Source: an uncultured Phycisphaerales bacterium
Lineage (GTDB): Bacteria > Planctomycetota > Phycisphaerae > Tepidisphaerales > Tepidisphaeraceae
DNA length: 64,000 bases
Reading direction: 5' to 3'
Assembly: GCA_963844715.1 (NCBI GenBank)
Contig: CAWJPJ010000007.1
Location: 64,001 to 128,000 of the forward strand
Shown piece after piece: positions 43,681-53,213 of this stretch. The stretch's first letter is position 1; each line of letters begins with the position of its first letter. A model generated the notes under the pieces. It worked only from the letters and a program-made list of their open reading frames with translations. It made no database searches and was not told the DNA's origin. The translations under genes were made by a program, and so were the position numbers.

Positions 43681-45654
43681 TCAATCCAGGGTTGATTCGG
43701 CCTCGATCGCGACGGGAGCCCGGTCGGCTTCGGGCGATTGCAGGCGTTTCATGTGGGACAGCTTTCGGGTTTCGTCGGGCGCGTCGTCCGGCCCATACAG
43801 TTGCGCGGCGGCGATCTGGCGATAATGCCCGTGCTGCTCCATCAATTGATCGTGGGTGCCGATCTGCGTGATGCGCCCGTCCTCGATGACGAGAACGAGA
43901 TCGGCCTGTTTGACGGTGCTGATGCGATGGGCGATGACGAAGGTGGTGCGGCCGTGCATGACGAAACGCATGCCGCGGCGGATAAGGTCTTCGGTTTCCG
44001 GATCGACCGAGGCGGTGGCGTCGTCGAGAACCAGGACGCGCGGATTGGTGACGATGGCGCGGGCGATGGCGAGGCGCTGGCGTTGGCCGCCGGAAAGGCT
44101 GGCGCCGCGCTCGCCGAGGATGGTGTCGTATCCCTTGGGGAGGGCTTCGATGAATTCGTGGGCCTGGGCGAGGCGCGCGGCGGCTTCGATGTCGCCGGGG
44201 CTGATCGAGGGGCGTCCGTAGGAAATGTTTCCGGTGACCGTGTCGCTGAAGAGATAGGTTTCCTGAAAGACGAGGGTGATCTGCGTGCGCAGGCTAGTGA
44301 GGGTGAGGTCGCGAAGGTCGACGCCGTCGATGAGGATGCGGCCCTGTTGGGGGTCATAGAATCTTCCCATCAGGCTGACGAGCGTGCTTTTGCCGGAGCC
44401 GGTGGGACCGACAATGGCGACGACGCTGCCGCCTGGAATCTTGAAGCTCAGATCGTGCAGGACAGGTTTTTCGGGATTGTAACCAAATGTTACATTTTGG
44501 AATTCGACGTCACCGGCGCCGCTGCGCGGGAGGGGACGAGCGTCGGACTTTTCGGGAACAGTGGGCGGGGCCATGAGAACTTCGTAGAGGCGGCGCGAGG
44601 AGACCATGGCGTTCTGATATTGCTCATTGATGGGGGCGACCTGTTGCAAGCGGCCGAGGATGGTGCCCATGGCGCCGCCGAGGATGACGAGGTCGCCGGC
44701 GAGCATCTTTCCGCGGACGATGAGAATGCCTGCGACGAGGAAGAGGGAGAGATGCGAGGCCATGGCGATGGAGCGAATGACCGGCTGGAAGTCAGCGAAC
44801 ATGCGGATGCGACGGAGTTGCCGATCCTTGAAGGTGTCGCAATTGGCGCAATACTTTTCGATTTCCTGATTTTCGGTGGCGAAGGCCTTGATGACGTGCA
44901 CGCCGGCGATGCTCTCGGTGATCAGCGAGACGTTGCGGTCGTCGGCTTCCATCACGCTGCGGGCCACCGGGCGAACGGTGCGGCTGAAGCGAAGAATGTA
45001 GTAGACCCAGATCGGCAGCGGCGCCAGCGAAAGGAAAGCGACCCATTTATTTCGGGTCCAGATCAGAATGATGTTGAACACGACGACCAGGACGATTTCA
45101 AGAGTCACCAGCACGGCCGTCTGGACGAAGGAACGGACATTTTGCAGATCGGATAAGGCGCGGTTGATGAGTTGTCCGGAGCTGATGACGTCGTGGAAGC
45201 CGAAGCCGACGCGCTGGAGCTTGTCGTAGACGGCTTCGCGGATGTAATAGACCATGTTCATGCTCATGTTGGCGTTGGCGATTTCGCGGAAGAAGCGAAC
45301 GACCAGCATGAGGAGGACGAGCCCCGCCAAACCGAAGAGAACGGCGCGGAGGTGGCGGGTCGCGGGGTCGGAAGCGGTGATCCACTGGCGGAAGCCGGTG
45401 GCGACGGCAGATTCGGACTGGCTTATTTTTTGGATGGCGTTGATGCCCTCGCCGGCCTGGCGGATGGTGAGGGTTTCGGTTCCGGTGACGGCGGCGACCC
45501 ACATGCAGGCGAGGAGCACGGCGGGGATCACCGGGCGGATGAAGCGGAACATCCAGCGGAACAGGACCCAGTTGGAAACCTGCGAGGCTTCGCCTGAGAC
45601 AATCGAGTTTCCACTGCGCTCGGAAGCCGAGCGCTCTGGCGATTTAACCGTCAC
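43681..45654 (-). CDS. Heterodimeric ABC exporter subunit (TM287-like: Walker B Glu replaced by Asp)
   Basis: TMD + NBD; GPTGSGKS, LSGGQRQ, Walker B VLDDAT, AHRIST. Confidence 0.92.
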   Translation of the reverse strand: MTVKSPERSASERSGNSIVSGEASQVSNWVLFRWMFRFIRPVIPAVLLACMWVAAVTGTETLTIRQAGEGINAIQKISQSESAVATGFRQWITASDPATRHLRAVLFGLAGLVLLMLVVRFFREIANANMSMNMVYYIREAVYDKLQRVGFGFHDVISSGQLINRALSDLQNVRSFVQTAVLVTLEIVLVVVFNIILIWTRNKWVAFLSLAPLPIWVYYILRFSRTVRPVARSVMEADDRNVSLITESIAGVHVIKAFATENQEIEKYCANCDTFKDRQLRRIRMFADFQPVIRSIAMASHLSLFLVAGILIVRGKMLAGDLVILGGAMGTILGRLQQVAPINEQYQNAMVSSRRLYEVLMAPPTVPEKSDARPLPRSGAGDVEFQNVTFGYNPEKPVLHDLSFKIPGGSVVAIVGPTGSGKSTLVSLMGRFYDPQQGRILIDGVDLRDLTLTSLRTQITLVFQETYLFSDTVTGNISYGRPSISPGDIEAAARLAQAHEFIEALPKGYDTILGERGASLSGGQRQRLAIARAIVTNPRVLVLDDATASVDPETEDLIRRGMRFVMHGRTTFVIAHRISTVKQADLVLVIEDGRITQIGTHDQLMEQHGHYRQIAAAQLYGPDDAPDETRKLSHMKRLQSPEADRAPVAIEAESTLD

Positions 45655-45779
45655 GTTGATTTATCCGGTAAACAGGCCACTCGCGCCGAAAATCGGTTCT
45701 ACACTTCCATTATCGGCCGTCAACCCCTGAGGGCGCGAAAAGTCGAGCGGCGTGGGTCAAAAGGCCGATAATTATCGGC

Positions 45780-46166
45780 ATGAGCGCGCTGATGGCCGCA
45801 TCCGATCGCATTCGTCAGCTCCGTGTGGCGCTGGGAAAATTCGCCATGGCGCGACGGCGCCGGGCGGGGTTTGCGGCCATGCATCCGCAATGGGAAGTGC
45901 GGGCGGCAATTTGCGAGCGCTGCCCGATGCGGATGATCCGCTGCGGAGTGAGTTACTGCGGGAATCCATATCTGGAACATATCGATCGCGATCCGGTAGT
46001 GGACGGGTGCGGGTGTCCGTGCCGGGATAAGGCGCAGTCGCCGGAAGAACATTGTCCGATCGACGCCCGGCATCGGGCGGCGGAGCGCGGGGAAGCCTGC
46101 ACGTGCAAATGGTGCCGGGCGGCGTTGCCTTCACCGGCTGAGCGCTCTATGGTGCCGGGGAGATGA
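45780..46166 (+). CDS. Small Cys-rich putative metal-binding protein
   Basis: CERC, C-x4-C, GCGCPC, HCP, CTCKWC (11 Cys); ATGA overlap with the next gene. Confidence 0.65.
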   Translation: MSALMAASDRIRQLRVALGKFAMARRRRAGFAAMHPQWEVRAAICERCPMRMIRCGVSYCGNPYLEHIDRDPVVDGCGCPCRDKAQSPEEHCPIDARHRAAERGEACTCKWCRAALPSPAERSMVPGR

Positions 46167-47303
46167 AATCGGGTTTTGCGTCGATTTTTGTGGCGGCGGT
46201 GTTCATGGCGCTGGCGCCCGTGCTGGGTCAAACTACCGAGCCGGCGGCGAGCCAGCCCGAGGCGGCGCATGTCGCGGAGATTCCGCCCGGATACCACGTT
46301 TTGACGGTGGGGACGCGGCACGTCATCTGCCTGCCGTCGGACGATGATTGGGTGCGGAAGGCGGCGGAATCGGTTCGGCCGGCGACGCGCCCGACGACCA
46401 TGCCGTCGGATCTGCTCGCGGCGCTCAGTGAACACCGCGCCGATCTGGACGCGATGGTGCAATCGGATCTGGCGCTGAGCGATACGAAGGACCTGGACGA
46501 GGTGATCGACAAGGCATTGGCGCCGGAGCTGGCCAAGTTCGATGCGCTGAAATCCGAATATTTATTACTTCCCCGTTCCGCGCACCAAGCTGCTCTTGCT
46601 GATGGAAAATGGATGGACGGACCCGCGCTATCACTATCTGCGGTTTGCCCATCAGGTGGATTACTCCGACAACGTGGACATTTCCATCGATCATCCGATG
46701 GACGACCAGGTGATGTGGGTGGACATTCACGACGGGGACACGGCTTCGCAATGCAGCGACGCGCTGGTGGAAGAGATCGCCGACTTTGAGGCGCGGTATC
46801 CGCTGGCGGTATCGCTGTACGCGCAATCCGGGACGAGGAACGTGCTGGCGGATTATGTGCTTAGAAAAGTTTTCGGTCCGATTAAATTGGCGCCGACGGA
46901 GCAGTGGTTTTCCCACAGCGCGGCGGAGTTGTACGCGATCAAATACGCGACGTATCTGTCGGGGTCGTGGCGGCGCGGATTGGTGCTGGCGCTGCTGCGC
47001 GGCGATCCGCGGAATCCGCTGGACTGGCAGCCGCTGGATTTGGTTCACCCGCTCGATCCGACGTCGATGTGGCCGGATTATCTGAAGATTTACAACAACG
47101 CCGTGATGCGCAAGGGTTCGTTCGTGATCGACCAGTGGATGACCAAGGGAGGGGACGAGGTGATGGCCAAGACGCTTCCGGTGATGCGGGAAAATCCTCC
47201 GCAGAACGCGGCGGATTTGATCAAAATGATTCAGGATTCGACGGGGATAGACCTGACGCCGGTGATGCTGCCGTTCTATACGCCTGTTCCGCCGCAGCTT
47301 TGA
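46163..47303 (+). CDS. Hypothetical exported protein; frameshift near 46570
   Basis: Signal peptide MKSGFASIFVAAVFMALAPVLG; ORFs 46163..46789 and 46596..47303 join. Confidence 0.65.
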
Positions 47304-47421
47304 GGGGGGGCGGCTGTTTCCGGGCGGGGTAAAATTTGAAGTTCCAATCAGAATTAAGATAGGCTTCGCCGGCTTGCATGGGGGATGGGACAATGCGCAC
47401 CTCTTTGAAAAGGAGCCGGTT

Positions 47422-47745
47422 ATGGATTTCCTGTTCTTCAATAAATTGATCACGCCCACGGTAATTCAGGTAATTTTCTGGATCTGGCTGGCGGGCATCT
47501 GGCTGGGTGCGTTGGGGTCGGGGATTGCCCTCATGTCGCAGGGCGGGGTCATGATCCTGTTCGGACTGGTTGAATTCCTGATCTTCGGCATCCTGGGGAG
47601 CATTTTCGCCCGGGTAGGGTGCGAACTGATCATTGTCGTTTTTCAAATACACTCTGAACTGGTGGCGATGCGCACGGGAACGGCTCCTGGAACGGGCGCG
47701 GGCTTTCCGGTGACGCCAGCGCCGCCGATGCCGCCGCACGCGTGA
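47422..47745 (+). CDS. DUF4282 family membrane protein
   Basis: MDFLFFNKLITPTVIQVIFW...ARVGCELIIVVFQIHSEL; AAGGAG RBS. Confidence 0.8.
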   Translation: MDFLFFNKLITPTVIQVIFWIWLAGIWLGALGSGIALMSQGGVMILFGLVEFLIFGILGSIFARVGCELIIVVFQIHSELVAMRTGTAPGTGAGFPVTPAPPMPPHA

Positions 47746-47757
47746 TCCGGAGCCGCA

Positions 47758-48237
47758 TCACCTGCCGATGTCTTCGTTCCACAGAGCGGGGTTTTGGCGG
47801 ATGAAGTCCGCCATCATTTGGATGCAGTCGGGGTCGTGGAGATCGCTGACTTCGACGCCCTGGCCGCGCAGAAAGTCCGGCGCGCCGTGGAAATTGATCG
47901 ACTCGCCGACGATGACTTTGGGAATACCGAATTGCACGACCGCGCCGCTGCACAGGAAGCAGGGCATGAGGGTCGAATACAAAATGGTGTCGCGGTAGGT
48001 TTGCTGTCTTCCGGCGTTGGCGAGGCAGTCGATTTCGGCATGGGCCATGGGATTGCCGTCCTGAACGCGGCGGTTGTGTCCGCGGCCGATGATCTGGTTG
48101 TTGCGCACGAGCACCGAACCGATGGGGAGGCCGCCCTCGCCAAGACCGAGGCGCGCTTCTTCGATCGCCTGGCGGAGGAATGGATCGTCGGCGACGGCGG
48201 CGCGCGGATAGGGCGAGGCGCCGGCGTCCACTTTCAC
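47758..48237 (-). CDS. Cytosine/nucleoside deaminase (CDA-fold, yeast Fcy1-like)
   Basis: EGGLPIGSVL, GHNRRVQ, HAE, STLMPCFLC, WNEDIG. Confidence 0.9.
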   Translation of the reverse strand: MKVDAGASPYPRAAVADDPFLRQAIEEARLGLGEGGLPIGSVLVRNNQIIGRGHNRRVQDGNPMAHAEIDCLANAGRQQTYRDTILYSTLMPCFLCSGAVVQFGIPKVIVGESINFHGAPDFLRGQGVEVSDLHDPDCIQMMADFIRQNPALWNEDIGR

Positions 48238-48464
48238 CGGCGCGGGGGCGCTGCGGGAAGCCCGGCCAGATCGGCGGGGTGAAGCGAGGCGGATTCCACG
48301 TTGGCCTTGTGAATCTGATCGTAGATTTCCTTGCGATGGACGGTGATGTCGCGCGGCGCCTGAATGCCCAGACGGACTTTGTCGCCGCGGATGTCTACAA
48401 CGGTGACGTCTATGTTGTTTCCGATGACGATGGTTTCGTTTCGCTGGCGGGTCAAGACGAGCAT
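48234..48464 (-). CDS. csrA: Carbon storage regulator CsrA
   Basis: MLVLTRQRNETIVIG..I.VTVVDIRGDKVRLGIQAPRDITVHRKEIY. Confidence 0.95.
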   Translation of the reverse strand: MLVLTRQRNETIVIGNNIDVTVVDIRGDKVRLGIQAPRDITVHRKEIYDQIHKANVESASLHPADLAGLPAAPPRR

Positions 48465-48543
48465 TGCGGTCACCTTCCTGGCAAGCGCGCGGCTGGGGGC
48501 ATCCTTCCGTGGGCCGGGGGATTATAGCCCGACCCTGGCGGAA

Positions 48544-49209
48544 TTACGCGGGGGGGCGCCCCTTTGCGTCGGTGACGGGTCTGGGCCAACTGGGGTGGGT
48601 ATTCGCGATCTTGGGAATGCGGATAATGACGTGGTGTTGCGTGCCGGGTAAATCTACGGGGTGAATTTCGGGGGTTCCGCCCCCGATCCTGGTAATGATC
48701 CGCCGCGCCTGGGCCATTTCTTCGGCGGCTTTGGCGCCTTTCATGGCCAGGGCAACTCCCCCCTTCTTCGTCAGGGGGAGCATCCATTCGGCGAGCCAAT
48801 CGAGGGTTCCGACGGCGCGGGCGACGACCACGTCGAAGGATTCGCGCAGGTCAGAGCGGCCGGCTTCTTCGGCGCGAACGGGGGCGACGTCTACGTTTGA
48901 AAGTTGCAACTCGGCGGCAGTAGCTTTTAGGAAGTCCGCCTTCTTTTTGGTGGCTTCGATGAGGGTGACGTGCGCGTCGGGGCGGGCAATGGCGAGAATG
49001 ATGCCGGGGACCCCCCCGCCGCTGCCGATGTCGGCCAGGCGATGCGCGCCTTTCGGAAGGAACGGCAAAAGCGTGAGGGCGTCGGCGACGTGGAGATTTT
49101 CGGCCTGGGCGCGGTCGACGATGCGGGTGAGATTCATCCGCGCGTTGGCGGCGATGAGGAGATCGAGGTAGCGCTCGATTTTCTGTCGATCGGCGTCTTG
49201 CAGATTCAC
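48544..49209 (-). CDS. rsmG: 16S rRNA m7G527 methyltransferase
   Basis: [47 protein letters not shown]. Confidence 0.93.
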   Translation of the reverse strand: MNLQDADRQKIERYLDLLIAANARMNLTRIVDRAQAENLHVADALTLLPFLPKGAHRLADIGSGGGVPGIILAIARPDAHVTLIEATKKKADFLKATAAELQLSNVDVAPVRAEEAGRSDLRESFDVVVARAVGTLDWLAEWMLPLTKKGGVALAMKGAKAAEEMAQARRIITRIGGGTPEIHPVDLPGTQHHVIIRIPKIANTHPSWPRPVTDAKGRPPA

Positions 49210-50027
49210 TCCCCGGGAATGTAGCTGATGACGCCTTCGAAGGGACTGCTGGCGGTGGCATAGCGTTTCTTGGGGATGCGCCCGGCTTCGTAGCTGAGGC
49301 GGCCGGCTTCGAGAGCCTGGCGCATGGCGGCGGCCATCTTGACGGGATCTTTGGCGTGGGCGACGCCGGTGTTGAGGAGCACGCCGTCGGCGCCGAGTTC
49401 CATCGCGATGGTCACATCGCTGGCGGTGCCGACGCCGGCGTCGACGATCACGGGATAATTCGCGTCGCCTTCCTTGAGCGTTTCGAGACAGAGCGAAATA
49501 TTCAGCGGATTGAGGACGCCTTGCCCCGAGCCGATGGGGCTGCCGGCGGGCATGACGCTGGCGGCGCCGGCTTCTTTGAATCGCCGTGCGGCTGATCGGA
49601 TCGTCGCTGGTGTAGCACGAGGACGGTGAAGCCTTCCTTGACGAGTTCTCTGGTGGCTTCGAGGGTGCCGACGGGGTCGGGCAGGAGGGTTTTCTTGTCG
49701 CCGAGAACTTCGAGTTTGACCCAATTTGCCGCCGGGATTTCGCTGTTTTTCGAGGAGTTCACGGCCGAGCAGAGAGACGCGGACGGCGTCTTCGGCGCTG
49801 AAGCAGCCGGCGGTGTTGGGGAGAATGATGTATTTGCTTAGATCGAGAAAATCGAGAAGGCTGCGCCCCTGCTTGTCGATGAGCCGCTCGCGCCGGACGG
49901 CGACGGTAACGACCTGGCAACCGCTGGCGGCGAGGGCCTGCTGCATGACTTCGTAATTGGCGTATTTGCCGGTGCCGACGAAGAGGCGATTTTGAATTTC
50001 GAATTTTCCTATTCGAAGAGTTTGCAT
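49206..50027 (-). CDS. thiG: Thiazole synthase; internal compensating frameshifts
   Basis: [16 protein letters not shown], (other frame) [48 protein letters not shown]. Confidence 0.94.
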   Translation of the reverse strand: MQTLRIGKFEIQNRLFVGTGKYANYEVMQQALAASGCQVVTVAVRRERLIDKQGRSLLDFLDLSKYIILPNTAGCFSAEDAVRVSLLGRELLEKQRNPGGKLGQTRSSRRQENPPARPRRHPRSHQRTRQGRLHRPRATPATIRSAARRFKEAGAASVMPAGSPIGSGQGVLNPLNISLCLETLKEGDANYPVIVDAGVGTASDVTIAMELGADGVLLNTGVAHAKDPVKMAAAMRQALEAGRLSYEAGRIPKKRYATASSPFEGVISYIPGE

Positions 50028-50033
50028 ATGAGT

Positions 50034-50231
50034 TCATCCTCCGCCGACGAAGGTGACGATCTCGACTTCGTCGCCTTCGCTGAGGGGCGTATCATACTTT
50101 GGAGTGCGCACGAGGCGACGATTAACCTCGACGGCAACTTTGTCGGGCGTGAGTTTCGTTTCGGCGAGCAGCGTGTGAATGTCGCTGCCGTCCGGCAATT
50201 GCCGGTCCTGGCCGTTTACTTTGACGCGCAT
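50034..50231 (-). CDS. thiS: Sulfur carrier protein ThiS
   Basis: MRVKVNG...VAVEVN...GDEVEIVTFVGGG, with C-terminal GG; upstream of thiG. Confidence 0.95.
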   Translation of the reverse strand: MRVKVNGQDRQLPDGSDIHTLLAETKLTPDKVAVEVNRRLVRTPKYDTPLSEGDEVEIVTFVGGG

Positions 50232-50337
50232 ATGACCAGCGTAGGCGGTTTGAGATTTCTCGTCAAAAGGATTTATTCTCGGCCGGAATTTGGGGCTGAA
50301 AACCCCACTTTGGGAAGTTTGCCGCTATCATGGCCCC

Positions 50338-50562
50338 ATGAAGCAACCGCGTAAATTCTTTCCCGGCTCGGGTATCGTTGTCGCTTTTGCGATCCTGCTG
50401 GCGGGCGGCGCGGGTTGCCATATTACTTACAATCCGTTGCGGTTCCCGCCCAAATTCAGGCTCGATAGCCCGATGAGTGTTCCGCAATCCGACATTCCGT
50501 CGTCAAACGTCAAGCCGATTTGTGTCCCGCCCGCAGCTCCGTCCCGGAGCGCAGTCGGCTGA
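50338..50562 (+). CDS. Small putative lipoprotein (leaderless); 3' end uncertain
   Basis: MKQPRKFFPGSGIVVAFAILLAGGAGC lipobox-like signal; TATCAT -10 lies 6 nt upstream of the ATG. Confidence 0.5.
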   Translation: MKQPRKFFPGSGIVVAFAILLAGGAGCHITYNPLRFPPKFRLDSPMSVPQSDIPSSNVKPICVPPAAPSRSAVG

Positions 50563-51165
50563 TGTTCCCGCGATGCTTAAAGATAATCATCCCCGGGACT
50601 AAACACGCGAAAATCAGAAACGGGAGCTGGCTGTCCAGGATCGGCCAGTGGCGCAACATTCCCGCGGCGACGTAGATCAGGGGGAAGGCGGCTGAGCCGA
50701 CGATTGACGCGACGCTGATGTAGCGAAATACGAAGAAGACGAGCACCAGAGGGCCATGGCGATCAGGCCGGGCAGGGTGAAATAGGGGAAAATTCCCAGC
50801 AGGACGCCCGCGCTGGTGGCGACGCCTTTTCCGCCTTTGAATTTGAGGAAGATGCTGGCCATGTGACCGACGAGGGCGGCGAAGGCGACCAGGGCCCAGA
50901 GGAGACAGTCGGTGTGATCTTGAACCGTGAAATTGAGGACGGCCCCGGCGGCGACGGTGGGAATGGCGCCCTTGAGAAGGTCGAGGGTGAAAACAATGAA
51001 GAAGAATTTGCCGCCCAGGAGCCGGCCGACGTTGGTGGCGCCGATGTTACCGCTGCCGGCTTTTCGGGGGTTGACGCCTTTGGCCAAGCCGACGATCAGG
51101 CCGAAGGGGATGGAGCCGATCAAGTACGCGGCGGGGATGAGGACGATCAGCGATTGTCGCGACAT
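50510..51165 (-). CDS. plsY: Glycerol-3-phosphate acyltransferase PlsY; frameshift near 50745
   Basis: AYLIGSIPFG, GSGNIGATNVGR, DLLKG, GH..SIFLKFKGGKGVAT, RYISVASI, KHRGNISRL.SGTE. Confidence 0.94.
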
Positions 51166-51243
51166 CGAGCATTCCAGCCCTAGTTTAAACTGGGGTTTCC
51201 GGTCCTGCGAATAATTGGGCAATCGAAAATTCATTCGGCGTCG

Positions 51244-51639
51244 CTAGCCTGAGTACTCATAAAACTCTCGCGGCGAAAGAATGGGAATCGATTGATATTC
51301 CCCAAGTATGAGCAAGTCTTCGTCTCCTGTCACCAAACATTCGGCCGCGCCGGCCACCGCTGTGCCCAAGACCATCAGGTCATTGGGGTCACGGCACGCA
51401 TCCGACGGCACGTCCGCGGGTTTAACGATGCCGGCATGTTCCGCCAGCAATTTGACGTTTTCGCGCACCAGCTTCGCGGGCATCTTGAATTTGCCCGATA
51501 GATGTTCGGCCAATTCATCGAGGATTGCCCGTGACAAAATCAGAACATGGCTTTCAAGACAGACTTGCAAGACGGATTCGCATAAGCCGTGCGTCGCAAA
51601 AGCGGCCAGCAGAACATTGGTGTCCAGGACCACCTTCAC
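51244..51639 (-). CDS. PIN-domain (VapC-like, PIN_3 type) toxin
   Basis: MKVVLDTNVLLAA...ILDEL...CRDPNDLMVLGTAVAG.AECLVTGDEDLL; GTGA overlap with the upstream antitoxin. Confidence 0.9.
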   Translation of the reverse strand: MKVVLDTNVLLAAFATHGLCESVLQVCLESHVLILSRAILDELAEHLSGKFKMPAKLVRENVKLLAEHAGIVKPADVPSDACRDPNDLMVLGTAVAGAAECLVTGDEDLLILGEYQSIPILSPREFYEYSG

Positions 51640-51851
51640 GAGACGGCCTTGAAGACATCCTCGTCAGTGAAGAAGCGGCGGGATTTAGCGAAGGGCACCG
51701 TTTTGCTGCGCAAAGCCTGAAAGCGCTCGACCGCCACCTGGCGGCGGAGCAGGTCGCGGACCACATCGCTCAGTGGCTGCTGCTTTTGCCGGGAGAGCTT
51801 TTCCAACTCGCGCCGAAGCGGATCGGGGATACGGGTAGTGAGACTGCGCAT
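51636..51851 (-). CDS. Ribbon-helix-helix (CopG-like) antitoxin
   Basis: MRSLTTRIPDPLRRELEKLSRQKQQPLSDVVRDLLRRQV...FTDEDVFKAVS; 71 aa, upstream of the PIN gene. Confidence 0.85.
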   Translation of the reverse strand: MRSLTTRIPDPLRRELEKLSRQKQQPLSDVVRDLLRRQVAVERFQALRSKTVPFAKSRRFFTDEDVFKAVS

Positions 51852-51887
51852 GTAAGACATTGTATTACACTCTGTCCTGGCGAGCAA
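51851..51887 (-). promoter_or_regulatory. Leaderless TA promoter (TTGCTC-17-TACAAT) with paired TGT-N3-ACA operator palindromes
   Basis: TACAAT 51864-51859, ATG 7 nt later; TGTAAGACA (51851-51859) and TGTATTACA (51861-51869). Confidence 0.7.
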
Positions 51888-51917
51888 ATCGCGAAAACCC
51901 CCGATATGATTATCCCC

Positions 51918-52461
51918 ATGAAGATCTACACCAAAACCGGCGATGACGGCTCGACCGGGTTGATTGGGGGCGGGCGGGTGAGCAAATCGGATGGGCGGAT
52001 CGATTGCATTGGGGCGGTGGATGAATTGAACGCGGCGATAGGGTGGGCGGCCGTGGGGGCTGAGGGGGAATTGCTCAAAAGTTTGCGGGCGGTGCAGAAC
52101 GAGCTTTTTGTGATCGGGTCGCATCTGGCCAGTCCGGACGGGAAGGCGACGGCATCGGTTCCGGCGCTGGATGAATCGGCCGTGGGGCGGATGGAGATGG
52201 AGATTGATGCGGCGACGGCGAAGCTGCCGCCGTTGCGGGATTTCATTTTGCCGGGGGGGTGCGAGACGACGCGCCCGGCTGCACCTGACGCGGACGATTT
52301 GCCGGCGGGCGGAGCGGGTTTTGGTGGCATTTTCGCACGATCGGCCGATGTCGCCGTTCATCGTGACATATCTCAATCGGCTCAGTGATTGGCTGTTTGT
52401 ACAGGGGCGGGTGGTAAATCAGCAGGCGAAAGTTCAGGATATTCCGTGGACGAAAAGTTGA
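51918..52461 (+). CDS. pduO: ATP:cob(I)alamin adenosyltransferase, PduO type; frameshift near 52270
   Basis: MKIYTKTGDDGSTGL..G.RVSK, GAVDELNA, QNELF, FILPGG, then ARLHLTRTICRRAER, YLNRLSDWLF. Confidence 0.92.
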
Positions 52462-52466
52462 ATCGG

Positions 52467-53213
52467 TCACAGCTGGATTCTGGAAAAGAGCCAGGCGGCG
52501 ATCACCAATAGCAGAAATGTCAGCGAGCCCAGGACGGCGGCGTCGATGGCGGGGCCGACGGTGCTGATGCCGCCGAGCGCGCCGCGCAGGCCGTCCATTC
52601 CGTAGACGAGGGGATTGGCGTGAAGGAGCATGCGGAGGGGCTTGGATAAACCCGATAGGGGGAAGAGCGCGTTGGAGAAAAAGAATAGGGGCATGACCAG
52701 GACGTTGGTGACGAGTTGGAAGCCCTGCATGTCTTCCATGACGGAGCCGACGGCTGTGCCGATGGACGTGAAGAAGAGCGCGATCATGAACATGAACCCG
52801 ACGGCGAGTAGCAGCCCGCCGGGGCCGTGGAAGCGCAGGCCGGTGATCAGGCAGATTACCAGCATGAGCAGGCCCTGAAAGACCGCGACGGTGGCGCTGC
52901 CGAGGGTTCGGCCGATGACGATTTGCAATCTGGGGACGGGGGCGACGAGGATTTCCTTTAGGAAGCCGAACTGCCGATCCCAGAGAACTTCGATACCCGA
53001 GAAGACGCCGGTGAACATCACGCTCATGCCGATGACGCCGGGGGCGAGGTATTGGAGATAGTTTCCTTCGCCGGCTTTTTTGAAGATGGGGCTGAATCCG
53101 GCGCCGAGCGCGGCCAGGAACATCAGGGGCTGCATGAGGGACATGAAGATACGCGCGCGTGAGCGGGAATAGCGCTTGAGCTGGCGGAGCCAGAGGATGT
53201 AGATGGCGGTCAT
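52467..53213 (-). CDS. ABC-2 type transporter permease (DrrB-like)
   Basis: YLQYLAPGVIGM, WDRQFGFLKEILVAPV, FFFSNALFP, NPLVYGMDGLR. Confidence 0.9.
   Translation of the reverse strand: MTAIYILWLRQLKRYSRSRARIFMSLMQPLMFLAALGAGFSPIFKKAGEGNYLQYLAPGVIGMSVMFTGVFSGIEVLWDRQFGFLKEILVAPVPRLQIVIGRTLGSATVAVFQGLLMLVICLITGLRFHGPGGLLLAVGFMFMIALFFTSIGTAVGSVMEDMQGFQLVTNVLVMPLFFFSNALFPLSGLSKPLRMLLHANPLVYGMDGLRGALGGISTVGPAIDAAVLGSLTFLLLVIAAWLFSRIQL

Noticed and set aside
41797..45654. Degenerate Walker B and signature motifs as signs of inactive ABC genes
   Set aside because: The reciprocal asymmetry (DD with LSGGQ; DE with MSLGQ) is the normal pattern of heterodimeric TM287/288-type exporters.
50034..50330. 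TPP riboswitch upstream of thiS-thiG
   Set aside because: A GGGGCTGAAA stretch lies on the wrong strand, and the TPP core (CUGAGA...ACCUGA...GCGUAGG) is not present on the coding strand.
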